A DNA stretch of 51,674 nt, counting the filler, from Catajapyx aquilonaris (Eukaryota): assembly GCA_000934665.2 (NCBI GenBank). It is 3 parts of 3 records of this genome, joined end to end, with 100 filler letters (N's around TTAATTAATTAA, not from the genome) between each part and the next. Parts side by side here need not be neighbours in the genome. Positions count along the whole stretch, not along the records: positions 34,529 to 51,674 come from JYFJ02007016.1; 2 more parts are not named here. The stretch is one strand, 5' to 3'. Below are positions 35,230-49,274 of the stretch, in pieces. Position numbers and translations under genes: made by a program. Position 1 is the first letter of the stretch. The number at the start of each line of letters is the position of its first letter. The notes below the pieces were generated by a model. It saw only the letters and a program-made list of their open reading frames with translations, was not told the origin of the DNA and did not search any database.

Positions 35230-35979
35230 AATAATTACATACAATATGGCAGATTATATCAGGCTTAAATGGTATTGATGAGTCCCCTTATATTTTGCTA
35301 ATTGTCATCGTCATATTATTATGTTGCTCCCAAGTAACTTGCCAACATTTCCCATATGTATTTCTCATTTTATAAATATAGCCCACTTGCAATCTTGTTG
35401 TATGCTGTTAGCACCTTTTCGTGAAACCTGCTTTAAGAAAGTTGTAATTAATGAGCTACTGGCTGGAAAGTACTTGATTCCACTCTCCGTGAAACAAGGA
35501 CGGATTGCCAAGAGTTATTGCCAATCTACTGAGCAGTTCAATTTGGGTCAAAAAAGCAGGAACGTCTAAATCCTTAAAGTACTTTAGTCGGTGCTGGCAG
35601 AATTCTTCCGTCCAAGTCTCAAAAGAGACACAATTAGGCACTGTCTCTACGTGAGGCAGTAGGTCGTACTTGAACTGTTAGTATCAAAGACAAACAAGCA
35701 CAACGTCAAGACCCTATAAAGGCACGTTTATCATCAATGTATATAGTACTGTATTATATCGCCCATAACGACGGAAATGTTTAAAATTATGTTTTCAAAC
35801 CCCAATATTATTACTGAAAATATTCCTTGCACCTGAAGTTTCTGACATCTCCTCCATTTAACCTCCAAAACGCTCTGATTACCACACGTCCAATCTCTGA
35901 CACGGCTTCTTACTTGACCTAGGTCCTAGGACCACTCAGTCCATTTACTAATTCACCCAGCACTACCTTACCTGTCTCC

Positions 35980-37118
35980 TGTAATGAGTCAACTTCCGTT
36001 TTTAAAAATGGGTGTGAAACACAGAAAGGCTGTAACTCTACAAGCCAGCACAAAAAAATGTAAAGAAAAGGGCCAAAAAAGGAGCGCATCCCCCACAAGA
36101 AGCCATGTATCATGCAAAGTGCAGCCCACTCTCCGCGGCCGACAAAGTTGCCATCTTCTGTTACACCTTGCTTTTTCTTCCGCGCCTCCATAATCTGTTT
36201 GGTTGCCATATACCAGCTACCGGGGAGCAAGAGGGAGTAAGGGGGTGGAGAGGAGGAAAAGGGGGGAGAGTTTCGCACGGGCTCTTTATCACGCCAAGAC
36301 TTGGAGACCGTTGATAGAGCCTTCTTTTGTGGACCCTGGCAAGGAAAAAAAGCCCTACTCGTTTCTTCCTGCCAACGTCCGTGACTTTTCATGCTCCTCT
36401 TTTATTATATTTTTGGGGGGACCGTCGGAAAGGGTTTTCCCTCATACTCCCTAGAAGACGTAAGTGCACTCGCGGTTTTCCCAAGTGCGGATTGCATCGA
36501 TCTTCTGGGAGAAGCAGACGGGAGATGGCGGGTATAGGAGGGCAGGAAAATTGCAAAGAGAGATTTCTGGTCGCCATGCATCGTCGCCATTGGACCGAGG
36601 CCGGGGACGGTTCGCAGTCCGATGGCCACGCTTTGGGGTCAGGGATCTCACTTTGCACTCGGTTTCCGCGGCCGCCTCCCGCTTAATCTGGCCTGCGCCC
36701 ATTGTTTTGCTCTTGTAAAGCTTTGGGGTTTGGTCAGCCCCCCCACACCCTCAACCCTCTCGGTTCGAAAGAGTTGCCCTTTTCTTCCAGCCCCCCGCAC
36801 TTCCCTATCCCAGCCATTGCTTTACAAGGGTGCTATTCAGGCACTTGAACCTCCCCCACCCGTAGCTCCCCACCCGGATCGGGTCGCAGGATTGTCACCT
36901 CCTCCACAACTTAGCGTGTTTGGCCGGGCTCTAATTCTCTGCCCGATTAATCCAAACACCGGAAATCATAGAGACTCTAATTAAAGGACAGGGGACAAAT
37001 GGGGCTAATAGAGGACTGGGGGGGATAGGTTGGATCTGTCCAGTTTCACAAACGGGGACGTTGGGGGATAGGGGTGAATGTGGTGGATCGCCCTACTGGG
37101 TTTTACATGGTGAGCCAG
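35980..37118 (+). mobile_element. Candidate LTR with primer-binding site (PBS)
   Basis: tgtaa (35980)...ttaca (37107), immediately followed by tggtgagccag. This resembles the complement of the tRNA-Arg(ACG) 3' end (TGGCGAGCCAG). The interior is GC-richer than the flanks. Confidence 0.4.
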
Positions 37119-40100
37119 AGAGAGAGAGAGAGTACTTGGCTGGCAATTGTGGCTGCTTTGAATTTCTGAAGGTTTGTGCTAGTCGCCGCTTTCCCAGCCC
37201 CACGTCTTCGCAAGAAACAATGCATGTCAAATAATTAGATAACTATCAGGAGTTGCATTATGGTTACACCAAATGATGGAAGTCCTTTCGTTATTTTCCC
37301 CAAATATTGCACTGTGGTGTGACGATATTTTATTTAACTTGCAGAGCGGATTCTGTACACAAACACTGCTGACCCGGATACCTGGAACACAATGTATGGC
37401 GGTGAAGAGAGAAGCAAGTTTATTACTTGCGTAGTTGCGTCTCTCGTTATCCATGGCTACCCATGCAGGGAAATAGTCATGAGGTGAATTAATGAATGTC
37501 ATCGCATTATTGAACCACGCACGAGGGCTGCATTCCTATAACCACAGCGTGACTCCCTGACACTCAGCAACAGGTTTGTCATCATGACGACAGAACGATT
37601 GCAGAAGGAAATGGCTGAAAAGTGAACGTATCTTTTTCCACATTGTAATTAACAATCTCATTTACAGCTTAGACGTACTTTACCTGAAATAATTTACCCA
37701 ATTAAAATGATCTTGATCCCATGCTTTCTTAAGATTATGGGTGATCCCAGATACTTGTCGGATTCCTGTCGCAATTTTTTTGCACTGAACTGTCATTATG
37801 AAGAAATTACGCTTGCACAGTTATTTTTAATGATTATCAAAAGTATTAGCACTTAATATTATGCCCAATTTATTACATCATATATCGTATATCCAAGCTC
37901 TGAATTACAATGAATTTCCGATTGCAAAATTGGAGTAATTGTCATCAAACGTGAATAATAAGAATCCATTTTTCATGCCAAACCCCTTTGCAGGATTAAT
38001 AAAGCAGCAGCTAATTTTTTTATAATCTCTGAAAGTGACGTAAGAGCAACTGTATAATAATAAGCACCTTAGTGCAAAAAATCTCACCTGCAATTGGACA
38101 AGTATGTTGAATCACCTTGTGTGCTGTAGGCTCCTGCATAATCCACAGCGTTTCTTCACAGAGTGCGGAAGCGTGTATATTAATCAGGATTAATGCAGAA
38201 ATATTGAGCCATGGGACACCCTAGTCTTATAGCAACCTCCACAAACGGGATAAGACCAAAATCTTTCTAAAAATCACCCCCAAGTTTGACAACCTGCTTG
38301 GAAGAGCTATTATGGAAGCTTCCAAAAGCCCGCAGGTGATCAAGAGCTGAGGATAAATTCCCATCGGCATCAGATTTAATTATAAACTTGTAGGCCAATT
38401 TGGTGGAGCAACAATGAAACAAGCCCCGGCAACAGTTCTTTTTTCCATCTTCTAAGGAATTGGAGCTCCGGACAAGATTATCTTCATCTACGACTCAATC
38501 AAAAATGCGTCATCAGGGCAAAGCAAACACGAAACGGCGAAGGTTAATTTAATAATGACATGATATTATATAGCTACTTTGGAAGGATTTAGCCCGAAGT
38601 GGTCCACCATCCGAATTAAAATTCAATGTTTAAACGTTACTTTAATTCGTCGAGTCGTTCAGCAAACCCCCCACCCCTCCCTACTCGGTAATATCTCAGG
38701 GCTAATTTAAACAAAATTCAACTCAAGTTGCCAATTTGTAGATGAAGCCTCCCGGCAAGCCACGGCAGCTTCACCGCTAATGAAAACCTTTGCCTACGAT
38801 AGGGCCTAACAAGTCGGCGGGTGCTTTCCTTCGCACCGCTCGGCCCCGCTATACCACACCACCCCCACTACGTTACGCCAAGGCCACATTCATGCTACGT
38901 TTTGCCCCCTTCCGGTTTCCAGCCCGTTGCAATCGGTTTCCGATACATCGATGCCCCCAAGGATTGGCGTCCAGCCTACTTGCTTTTCATTAGCGAGCCT
39001 CACTTTGCCAACGTGAGCGTGAAATCCACTTTTGGGACCCGCCAGCCTTCATGCCATAGGCCAAGAATCGCTAATCATTGCCCCACTCACTCGCTATCCA
39101 GTATATATCCACCAATCGACGTTTTTGGAAGCAAATGTGTAGCGCGATACAATTTTAGACGTCCTCACAAATAAAGTGAAATCCATATTTTCACGTACCG
39201 TAAGTAAAATGTGACTAAAAGCTTATGGCAGAACCTACCATCTTCCTCTTAAAACCACCTCGAACCTTCAGGCCACCCCACCACTCACCGTGATCTTCAT
39301 ACTAATAACTTTGGATCGAAGCTATGCCATCCAGTCTAAAGGGATTTTCATGTTCGCTTCTTTTCCGCTACTGGGATCGGCCCGAAATCTTTTAGTCTCA
39401 CCTAGGCATTATGCATATGAATACTGCCAAGCTGCTGTGTGACTTGCGGAGAAGTTGATACACTTGGTTATCCCAACTCCAAACATCTGTGTCTCGAGTG
39501 TTATAATTTTGAAGATGTGTTCAGTTGAATTGTAGGTACGTCAGTTGTCGAGATTTTTGTGTGTGGAAAAAGAGCTGAACTTCTTTTTTTTCCTGAGAGG
39601 TGAATCGATTCTGGAGAAATGTGTACAGTATATCTCAGTTTTAAAATTACATTTTCCCAGGAGAATGGGAGTGCAAGATAATAGCTCGCTTGCAGGCTAA
39701 TTAAAGTATACTGTATTGTAGATCAAAAAAATTTCATGCAGAACTAACAATTTGAAAAAGTATTTTTTTTGCCTCGTGTAATAAAATACTGTACGAAGGA
39801 CTACATGAACTGACTGGTACTGTCAACATTTTCTCTCCTTCAAACTTTTCGACGGTTCACTACTGTACGTAGGCTATAGCATGAAATATTATTTCCTATA
39901 CCTCTACCTTATTCTCTCTTGAAATGGTCAAAGTGGGAGTTATCGATGGCGACTAATGGTGATCTCTCTGGCTAACGTCTACACTCCTCGACTTTAAATT
40001 AGAAAATAGTGGATCAAGGCATGCGGGTAACCACATGCTCAGCCACATGTAAGCCTTAGATAGTTCCCAACTATATACAGTAGTGCTTACAGGCGGGCAG

Positions 40101-42030
40101 CTATTTTTGAGCCCTTGGGAATTTCTAACAATGCTCAGATCACTTTCAGAGGCACGTCTGTTCTGGGATGGTGCGATCACGAGGCCAAACATGTATCTCG
40201 AAATGAAGACAATCTAATTAGCACTTGTGGAGGGAGAGAAAGAGATACTCTATGGACCCAAGATATCAAACACAATTAGCCCTGTGTCAAACCACTACCC
40301 ACCAGAGGAGGGTGGTGAAAGCACGACTCTTGTTATAATAACTGACATTGTCAAGAGTAGGTCGAGTAGTTGGCATATACTGTACATCATTCGACCAGCT
40401 CATCAGTGCTTACATTAGTGTATAGGACTGTTTGACCTCACTGCAGGATTTTCTACACCCAAAAGTAACCTCTTCGCATGAATCGCCACATTCTATCCAG
40501 TGCCGGATTTACCTCCCCGGCCGCCCTACTAAAAAAGTGTTGCTTGTAGTATGGGACTTGTATTGTTAAGTGTTCCAACACGAAGGACAGCAAAGTCAAT
40601 TAAGGAACTTGTGGACTATCAGACAGAAATACATAATTACGAATTTTCTATGCTATCAGGTGATAGAAAATTATCGGCCCATTATTTTCGTAGAGAACAC
40701 TATCAATGAATATATGCATCTTGCAGGAAGCGGAGTACTTGTACAAGACCCGGTGTATATGTTTCCCCATATGCATCCTGTGTACTTATATATGTATTCT
40801 CTATAGCGTTAGTGTTGGCTCTTTCAGGTGAAACAGCGACCTACACATAAATGAGTGCCAGTCTGTTGGCAACATGACCTTCCCAATAACAACACGGCGT
40901 CACGGCACCTCTTGAACCCCGCTCGCTGATTGACTTCGTGACCAGCCTGAACCCACGCAGCTTCGGAAGACTCTTATGCATACTTTTCCCCAAGAGAACA
41001 TCGTGGGAGGAACCTGCTGCAGAACACACTAGATCAGAAAGGACAGCTTTATTAGGCTTCACTCGTCCCTCATGCGAGGCCACACTCATTCCGCGGAAAA
41101 GAATAGGCTTTCTTTTAACTTTCCGCGCTATTGGCCTGCGACTTATTCTCTTGCCGGTCCCCAACCTGGCATACTTCCAACCGCGAATATCCAAGTCCTC
41201 CTCCTCCGGTTTTGGGAGTGGGAGTGGAAGGGGGCCAGTAGCCCATTTCGCCAAATTTATCACTTTTCTTGTTCCAACAACTTTCAGAATTGCCCGAACT
41301 ATCGCTACATGTGTTCCATATCGCCATTCCCCGGGTTAAAGAGGCCACTCAAGGGTCGTTCCTTGTCCGCATGCTCTGACGTGATGGGCATTTGCAAATA
41401 GCAGGCTCCCGGACGGCGATTTGGAAATAAAGGGGGTAAGGGAGGGAAGCCCGCATTACTACCCGGCCTGATGCTTGTGTCACATCCGTCTAGTATGTGT
41501 GTGCATGCGCTCATACTCTGCCATGTGCACAGTTTTCAGTGGGTGACATCAGTGAAAAGAAAATGATTGCCGCAAACAGCGCGTCAGAGCTTCACATATA
41601 TGTATAGAGAGAGGGTTGGTGATCGCTTACTGGAAATGGCGCGTTGTCCCCAGGGATTCATATCATTAATCCAAATGCCAGTTGCTCCCCCCAAAAAAAT
41701 TGGCCCTGACACTGATCGATATGAATAAATCCGCTAATTTCAATTAGATTCTTTTCCGGTCAATAAACAGAGGGTACCTAACAACTGCCAGGAGTGGAAG
41801 GTGCTGTGTATTCAAGCTCGCCAGAGCAAGAATTTTTGAGCGATTTCGAAACTTTCTAGCGAGGCCAATGAGGTTCAATAATAATTGTCTTCACAGCCTC
41901 ACTCATGCTTTCACTACGACCTATTCTCGCGAGTTAGGGGACACACCTTCAAACTGAAACAGGCAGACTCAATGTGATGCAACGCAGCTCTCAATGTGTT
42001 TACCATGCATAGTACAAATGTACAGTATAA

Positions 42031-42418
42031 GGGGTCGAAATATTCGGATGCAAAGGGGCAATTCTCCGATGCGCGGGGAAAAGAGCACAAGTCAAAAAAA
42101 ATCTTTGACTAATGAGCTTTTGAGTCCTATCTATGAGGTTGATTAATCAAGGTCAATGCTCGGTTTCGGGGGGAAAAGCGCATAAGTACCGGTAAATAAA
42201 ATTATTTTTATGACTTGTGCTCTTTTCCCCGCGCATCCGAGAATTTGCACTCCAAACTGTGCCTTGGAGTGTAAAGTTTGCACTCTAATTGGCTATGCTT
42301 TTAAACATGGCTATACCCAGTAATTAAAATTAAGCACTCCAAGTAAGCGATTTGCACTCTAGATTAAAGTCTGGAGTGCAAACTTTGCATCTGGACAAAA
42401 GATTTAAAATGAGACCCC
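42031..42418. mobile_element. Nested MITEs
   Basis: Outer element ggggtc..ggatgcaaag / ctttgcatct..gacccc with internal tttgcactc repeats. Inner element about 42056-42248 has roughly 35-bp TIRs (gatgcgcggggaaaagagcacaagtca / tgacttgtgctcttttccccgcgcatc). Confidence 0.65.
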
Positions 42419-45400
42419 TGAAATTGTCACACGCTGGCTCTTTCAGGGCCCTCCAGGATGGAGGAAAGAATGGCCCGCACTGATTGGCGGACCCTTTCAG
42501 TTAATTTCAAGGATAAAAAATTGTATGATTCTTATTTCGTGGTAGAGGAAGGTTTTAATTTCTCAACCATAAAGTAATCCCTTACATTTAACAGGTAACC
42601 GTAGAAAATATTCTTGCTCCTTGTATGTCAGTATACTAAAACCGCCCATGTGTGCAGACATGAACCCAGCACAAACCCAGCACTATTAAATTGGATACAG
42701 TCTTGCATACTGTGTTCAAAACAAAAATAGCGCTAAAAACTGACGCTCATCTTTCTAGTGCAGGTGTTCGCCACGGGCTATAATTCACACCCAGGCACAG
42801 CAGCGTCGATATCGAAAAATATTAAGAATTTTCCCGAACAAATACATTAGTAAAAAAGGCAAACTTCCTATTACAGTATGTAGCATTACGAAAGTCTCGA
42901 GCATTGGAGAATATTCTGTAATTTTATTGTCAAAATATTTTTCAATACAATATTCAGGAGATACGGAATTATTTACACGTCATTCATCAATATACAAGTA
43001 CAAGTGCAATTATTGACATGCAATGAAAGAGACAGAGAATACGGGGATGTGCTTAGTTTTAATTCCCTGAAGTGGACTCCTCCTAAGTGTTTTTTTTTTC
43101 AGAAAATGTGTATCATTTCTGGGAAAGTGCGACAGTGAAAACTCATATGCTTTCTGTTGCATTGGGAGTTTATGATATTTTCAAAAGTTTGAACATAATA
43201 GCCTATTTATGGGCATATGGCCAAAATTGTTACTTTATGTGTTCATAAATGGCAAACACTAATTTTAATATCACATTCAGAGAGTTATCTGCACAGCTCA
43301 TTATAAAAACTGATATTGGAATAATAATGACGCCTGTGTCGAGAAATAGATAACTTGTTAAGCGCAACAAAATTCTGTGAACTGTGAAATATAGGCTTTC
43401 AGGTTTAATAATTCAACACAGACACTTATAAATTTCAATTACTTGACTGCATTATCTAACCAGGAAGTCAAGTTGGTGTAAAGAAGTGAAGCGATTCCAT
43501 CTGAAAAACCCAGCAGTCTGCTCGTTTGAAACGGGACGTTAGCGCACCTCATCTGTATAAAGTCCATTCATTCTGCTCATAAACCCAACTTGGAACAAAA
43601 TGGACTGACGGCCTGATGGGAATTGGAATACTCTGATTCTCCACATAAGTTCACATGTTTATGGGACTCATAGTTTAGAGCTAATTTGTACAGAGCATCG
43701 CTCCGCAAAACGTGATCATCAAGTGGAAGTTAAATGATTCCTGCCCCGTGCAATATGTTGACCCCAAACGAGAGTACAAAAGTCATTATCCACGTACACG
43801 TGTACTTTATATTTTACAGTACACCACAAAGAAAAACAATCTTTCCAGCCCATGTATGACATCAATCAGTATCGTCCTTCTGCCACCATTACACTCCGAA
43901 AGAATAGTTTCCATTTACTAATCGCGTGTGATTGATTCCACGCTGTAAACAGGCGCGATCGCCAACAACATCGATAGAGTTATGAGCAACTATAAAATTC
44001 CGCACTAAATATTACCACTCCGTCCATTTTATGACTAATCAATTTGTTTCATCCACTGCCGGAGCGACAGCTCAAATCCAAATACGAGAAGAGAATCGCG
44101 TAACGTCATTGGCTTAATTGGCGTATTTCCACTAAATAATCTGGAATAATATGACAATCACGAGGCAATGTTGGCGGGCCATTGCAAACCATGCGTCATG
44201 TGCCTGTCCTCCACGCTCCCTCCCCACCCCAGCAATAAATCTGGCCGCGAAAATAATTCTCTCGCTTGCACTGAAACTTTGATAACGCAAATCTGGGAGG
44301 GAAAAATAGGGGGAAGGGAGCATATATTCATGGCAATAACGCCTCTTCTCAGGTTCTTGCCCCAGAAACACTAGACCACTAAATTCTATTTATCTCAACT
44401 GCAGGCAATGCGGATCTCCATTTGGCTGAGGACAATGTGTTTCAGGAATATTTTTTTGCGCTTGCATTCTCATTGCACTAACTGGATATACTTGTGCGCT
44501 CATTTTACCATCCACTTCGGCCGTGCACTAATTCGGCTTATGTGCGTTAGTGGTGGTAAGAATAACAGTAGAAACGGCGCTGAATTTTTTGTCATTAGGT
44601 TTGCATCATTTATCCTCTAGATACCCGCACGCCACCTTGATTTTTTAAAGCGCTATAACCATAATGGCAATAGGCCTACCCCCCCCCCCTTTTTTTATAC
44701 TTTGGCTGGACGCTGTTTAGTAGTGATGGGTGCCCAGCGCGGTAATCTCTGTTATTATCCATACTATCCGGATTTGAAATAAAGCCCTGACTGTGTAGCC
44801 AGTAAATTATGACGGAAAGGATTGCGGGAGACACTGACATCCAACAGTCGACATATGGTAAAAATACTGAAAATACGCTTAAAATATGACACAATCACCT
44901 GATACGAGGCGCACTTTTCCTAGTGTCCAACACATCTCCGGCTCTCCAGAAAATTCTGCATACGCATCTCCTTTGAGGACTCAGGGTAGAGGCAATACGT
45001 TCATGTCTGTATCGACCTGAGTGAAATCCTGAGCCAAACACCCCCAAGATGGAATCCCCCACACCCCCTGTTCTTGGCACCAAAGCCAAGTGACCGGCCG
45101 ACCTGTCTACCGAGGCGTCAAATCACATTCTTCATGCTCGCAGGGCGCAGCAAAGATGAGAACGCCAAGATTGGCTGTTGAAGCCCCTGATTCAAACTCT
45201 GCCCAGAATATAGAATTGAGGTGGTTGAAGGGAGGTTGGATAGAGGTTGGGGTACTGGGGGAAGGAGAAGCCGGGGGGAGTAAGGGGGGGAAGCAGGGAC
45301 ATGGAAACGAGGCAATTCACTTGCCTTTGTAACCACCCCACCCGTCGACTCCTTGGTATTTAATGCAATAAATGTTGCATTCCAGGAAGCAGCACAAAGT

Positions 45401-46641
45401 CTTCCCCCTACTTCCCTCCTCCTCCTCCTGTCCCTATCCTATTCTACAAAAGGTGAAGATCCCAGCTTCCCACGCTATGCGCCCGGGGCCCCATTTGATC
45501 TGAAGGATTCAGTCTACCGGAGAAGAACCAATATAAAGGAAGCCATAATGCAGAGTCTGAATGCCAATATTGCACGGTGTCGGGAGATTGTCACGTGTCG
45601 GTGAGCGACAAAATGGCATTTAATTGCGTTACTACCGCTGCCTATTCTTTTTCTCTCGGTATTTTCGAAAGATGTTGAGAACTTGTCTCAGGGGGGAGTA
45701 TATTATACAGAAACCCCGTCAATGTAGTGATATCTAGTGTTTGAATGTCACTGGAATATGGGCCGAAGTCTAGCAGGATAGAAATGTTGGGCACGGGGTT
45801 GTAGATTACGATTAAAATATTGTATCAAAACTAAAGAATCCTGGCAAGATAGGTAATCTGTGGAACACTTATTTTGCTGGATCCTCTTAAGATTTTTAGT
45901 GCAAATGGATGATTGCTAAACCTAGAGAACAGGGTGTAACATAATTGAACTCACATTCGCATTATTGATGGAAATCTCTCTCTCCCCTGCATCAAAGTTA
46001 CTGTTCCCGGCGAGGACTGTATGATACCAGCCGACCAGGAAAGCCGAAGTGCATCGCCCTATTTTGCAAACAGAGAAACCAAAGTAACTGACGAGGGTAG
46101 GCAACATTCCCACCGACACGAATGTGACCCTAAAATTATGAATCACGTGGTATTTCAAGCAACTGACCGTCCCTTTGGCGAGTCCATAACTCTTGTCCAA
46201 CGAATGTCCCTGCACAACTACCCAAGGCATTCCATATCTCCAGTCAATGCAGAGTCCATCCACGTTTGCATATGGTGACCTACTCAAACATACTAATCGT
46301 TTTGCGATGTTTTCCCTGCTACACATCCGTTCCAAGTGCTCGCTGCGTCACCTAAGTTAATATTGCTGCTCTGACCAATCTAACAAATGGTAAAATGCAC
46401 AGACGTCATTTGCCACACTAGCAGAGCAGCCAGCAGAATTGAAGGACTGCCGGAGAAAATGTTACATACCGGTATTATCTAAAATTCGGCATTTTCAACT
46501 ACAATGATGGCAGTTTACAGCTACACCTAACGGCCAGATGCTGACAAAGGCATATAGCTGAAAAATTTTTGCGTCGTCCTTTTTCCAAGTTGGGTAAGTC
46601 TGAGAAAAACCTATTCTGTCCACTTTTCCTGGAAAGATATA

Positions 46642-47310
46642 CAGGGTGATCAGTTTGGGTAGGGATAATTTGAAATCGGTATCATAATCCATGCATAAAC
46701 TGTACCAAGTTCAAATGAGGGGGGTGGTGGAAAAACATGATAACTGACATTTTTGTCATTTTTTACCTAAACACCTAGCAACTATGTAGTACTTGTATAA
46801 GACATGACAAACAGTTTGGTATACTCCAAGTTCATGTATCATGCACGAGACGGCCACACAGACTAGATCCAAACCAGCATTCCCTATGATTTGTTAAGAA
46901 AATGCAAACTTCAATTCGCTCTCCTGAAAAATTAGGCTACACCTTCGTCAGTTATCATGTTTTTCCACCACACCCCTCAAATTTTGTCAGTATGGCGAGG
47001 TAAGAAGGGAGATTCATGCACTGTACTCAGTGCGCCTGCGTCGTCACTGCATCGTGACCGAAGTGGATGAAGATAGAATAATAGGTGGCGTAACCAGCTG
47101 CTGCACGGACCTTTTTTTTTTCTCTGAGGACAAAATACGAGCAGGGCCATACCTATGCATGTTACAAATCTTCTTGGTACCACAACTGGACGACAATGCC
47201 ATTTTCCAGCAAGATGGGGCCCCACCCCACTGATCACTGGAAGTCAGGAAGTTCAACAACACTTTCAATGACAGTAGATGTGGCCCTATTCCTTGGCCTG
47301 CAAACTCCCC
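46642..47310 (+). mobile_element. Tc1/mariner remnant
   Basis: TA|cagggtg terminus. Later FQQDGAPPH (47203-47229) and frameshifted GPIPWPANSP. Confidence 0.7.
46717..46978. mobile_element. MITE with GAG termini and 4-bp TSD (Sola-like), nested in the Tc1 remnant
   Basis: 32-bp TIR gaggggggtggtggaaaaacatgataactgac / gtcagttatcatgtttttccaccacacccctc, flanked by AAAT on both sides. Confidence 0.8.
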
Positions 47311-47419
47311 GGGGAGTTTGCAGGCCAAGGAATAGGTTAAGGACAGGAACAACATTGGAGTAAAGACTAACAAAAAGCTTTGTGTATTCAAAAGAACTCC
47401 GCATGGAATGAACACTTCA

Positions 47420-47421
<2 letters not shown>

Positions 47422-47464
<43 letters not shown>
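47422..47464. repeat. (GAT)n microsatellite
   Basis: About 14 perfect units. Confidence 0.95.
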
Positions 47465-47465
<1 letters not shown>

Positions 47466-47985
47466 GCCTGACAGCACTGGTGTATTGGGGGCTTTGAGCA
47501 GCAGCCTTGGGTTCAACAATGTAGCAGAAAACTAGGACCCCCCCCCCAGGCTGCCCCCAGGGCCCACTCTGTACAATACGTTGTCCTCCCTCCTATTCAG
47601 CTACACACCCAGATACCTTATTCGCTTCTGCCAACCTTTCGGTGAGATTCTGGAATCCAAACTTATGTCGCACCATATACCAGCCGCTTGCAGGGGTACA
47701 GCTTTGTCATCTTCTTAATGACACAGGACGCTGTGTAGTGCAGGGGCATGGTGCTGAAAACAGACTACAGAGCCTCCAGTTGCAGTTCGCCCTGCAGGGA
47801 TGCTTCTAGCTTATTCTCCTGTTCTCATTCTGGGACAGTAGTACTGCCCATAATAATGAAGTAAGCAGTGGTAATGCATGATGTACATGTAACAGTGACT
47901 TGGTTTTTGCTTATTTCTTTGGGGGAAACCCAGGACAAGAGGATGTCACTTGCATTGTATTGTGACCATTTCATCACCTTATATA

Positions 47986-48060
47986 CAGTTGAATCCGGAT
48001 ATAACAGACTTCAAGGGACCGCGGAAAACTGTATGTTATAACCGAGGTCTGATATAGCCA
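47986..48060 (+). mobile_element. pogo/Tigger-like left terminus
   Basis: TA|cagttgaatccggatataac..aagggacc..gttataacc pattern. No partner end seen. Confidence 0.45.
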
Positions 48061-49040
48061 AATCATCAATTTTGCAACGAATTCTTATAATGCAGACCAC
48101 TGCATATTGATTAATGAAACTATCCACAAACATGCACAATTAGCTCACCCATAACTTAGGAGGACAAAACAAAAAAAATCCGTCATTTTCTTCTGCTGTC
48201 TCGTTCTTGCCAAACATACCGTTGCCTACCAGAAAAAAAAAATGATTTTGACCTTTTCGACAAGTATTAGATCAGTGACAGGTGGGAACATCATATCCGC
48301 ACCAGTAGACCGCGTGGTTCCTCGCGTGGAAAATGAAGCTGAGTAATCAAAAACAGCATATTTTTGCACCGAGGAGCCAAGAAATCTACCGCTGCATGGC
48401 AAAACGCTATACACTTTGCACTACTCTATGCACTTTTGGCCAAAATGCTTTTTATTTGATATTATGAATGTCCGACTCTTTGCACACTCGACATATTTTT
48501 TTCACGGTCCTCAGAAAATTCTAGGCGATTTTAGCCCGATAATAACAACGCAGGACGAGACGCCGGATGACACAGATGAATGTGAAAAGGAGGACGAAGA
48601 TAGCCATACACACACTCTGGTCTACAGCATCAATGAAACTTAACATTCGAAATTTCGAGATTGCCCTAAAACTTTTCAACTCAAATCTTATCCTAAGTAC
48701 AGTATGTGTCACCAATCTGGGCTCTAAACCATTTTGACGAGTTTGAAGTGGTTTTCGATCATTTTTTGAACAAAAATCCTTGACAAAAATTCTTTGCATT
48801 GCTAAGATCTACTGCTGGATACTTTCTTAGGCTGGAGCCCTGGAGCTCAAACTGGAACCCCTTCGTGTTAGACTTAGCCTGCCAGGGTACTTCTCCACTT
48901 TTTGATTAAGATAATCAGATCTGATGCAGATTCCCTGATTCACAATAATATCGTCAAAGACACCAGAAGTAAAGGACCTTACGGGATGGAGCTAGTTCAA
49001 AAGCATTTATCCGGGATTAGTTACCATACACTCCCTAGTC

Positions 49041-49267
49041 CAGTGGTTTCCACCTTTTACCAACTGCGACCCCCTAAACATGTTTCCATAAATGTGCGAC
49101 CCCGCCCCCTTCTTCCCCTCCCCCGCCCCCCTACAACTGCCCCCTTTCCAGAAAACATAGACTCTGTATGGCCGCAAAAGTGGTTCAATTGACACACACA
49201 CACACACAAAAAAAAACCCAAAAAACCGTTGAACCAAGGCTCAAGACCCCCCGGTTGGAAACCACTG
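49041..49267. mobile_element. hAT MITE
   Basis: TIR cagtggtttcca / tggaaaccactg. Left 8-bp flank is ccctagtc; the right copy is split by the Gypsy insertion. Confidence 0.85.
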
Positions 49268-49274
49268 CCCTAAG

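Noticed and set aside
44895..46335. Minus-strand exon candidates (about 44898-45102 and 46168-46279)
   Set aside because: Splice-like ends are present, but the peptides resemble nothing I recognise and no gene model emerges.
47465..47800. LINE 3' end with an (ATC)n tail on the minus strand
   Set aside because: Only a vague, frameshifted Cys/His pattern; no RT similarity seen.
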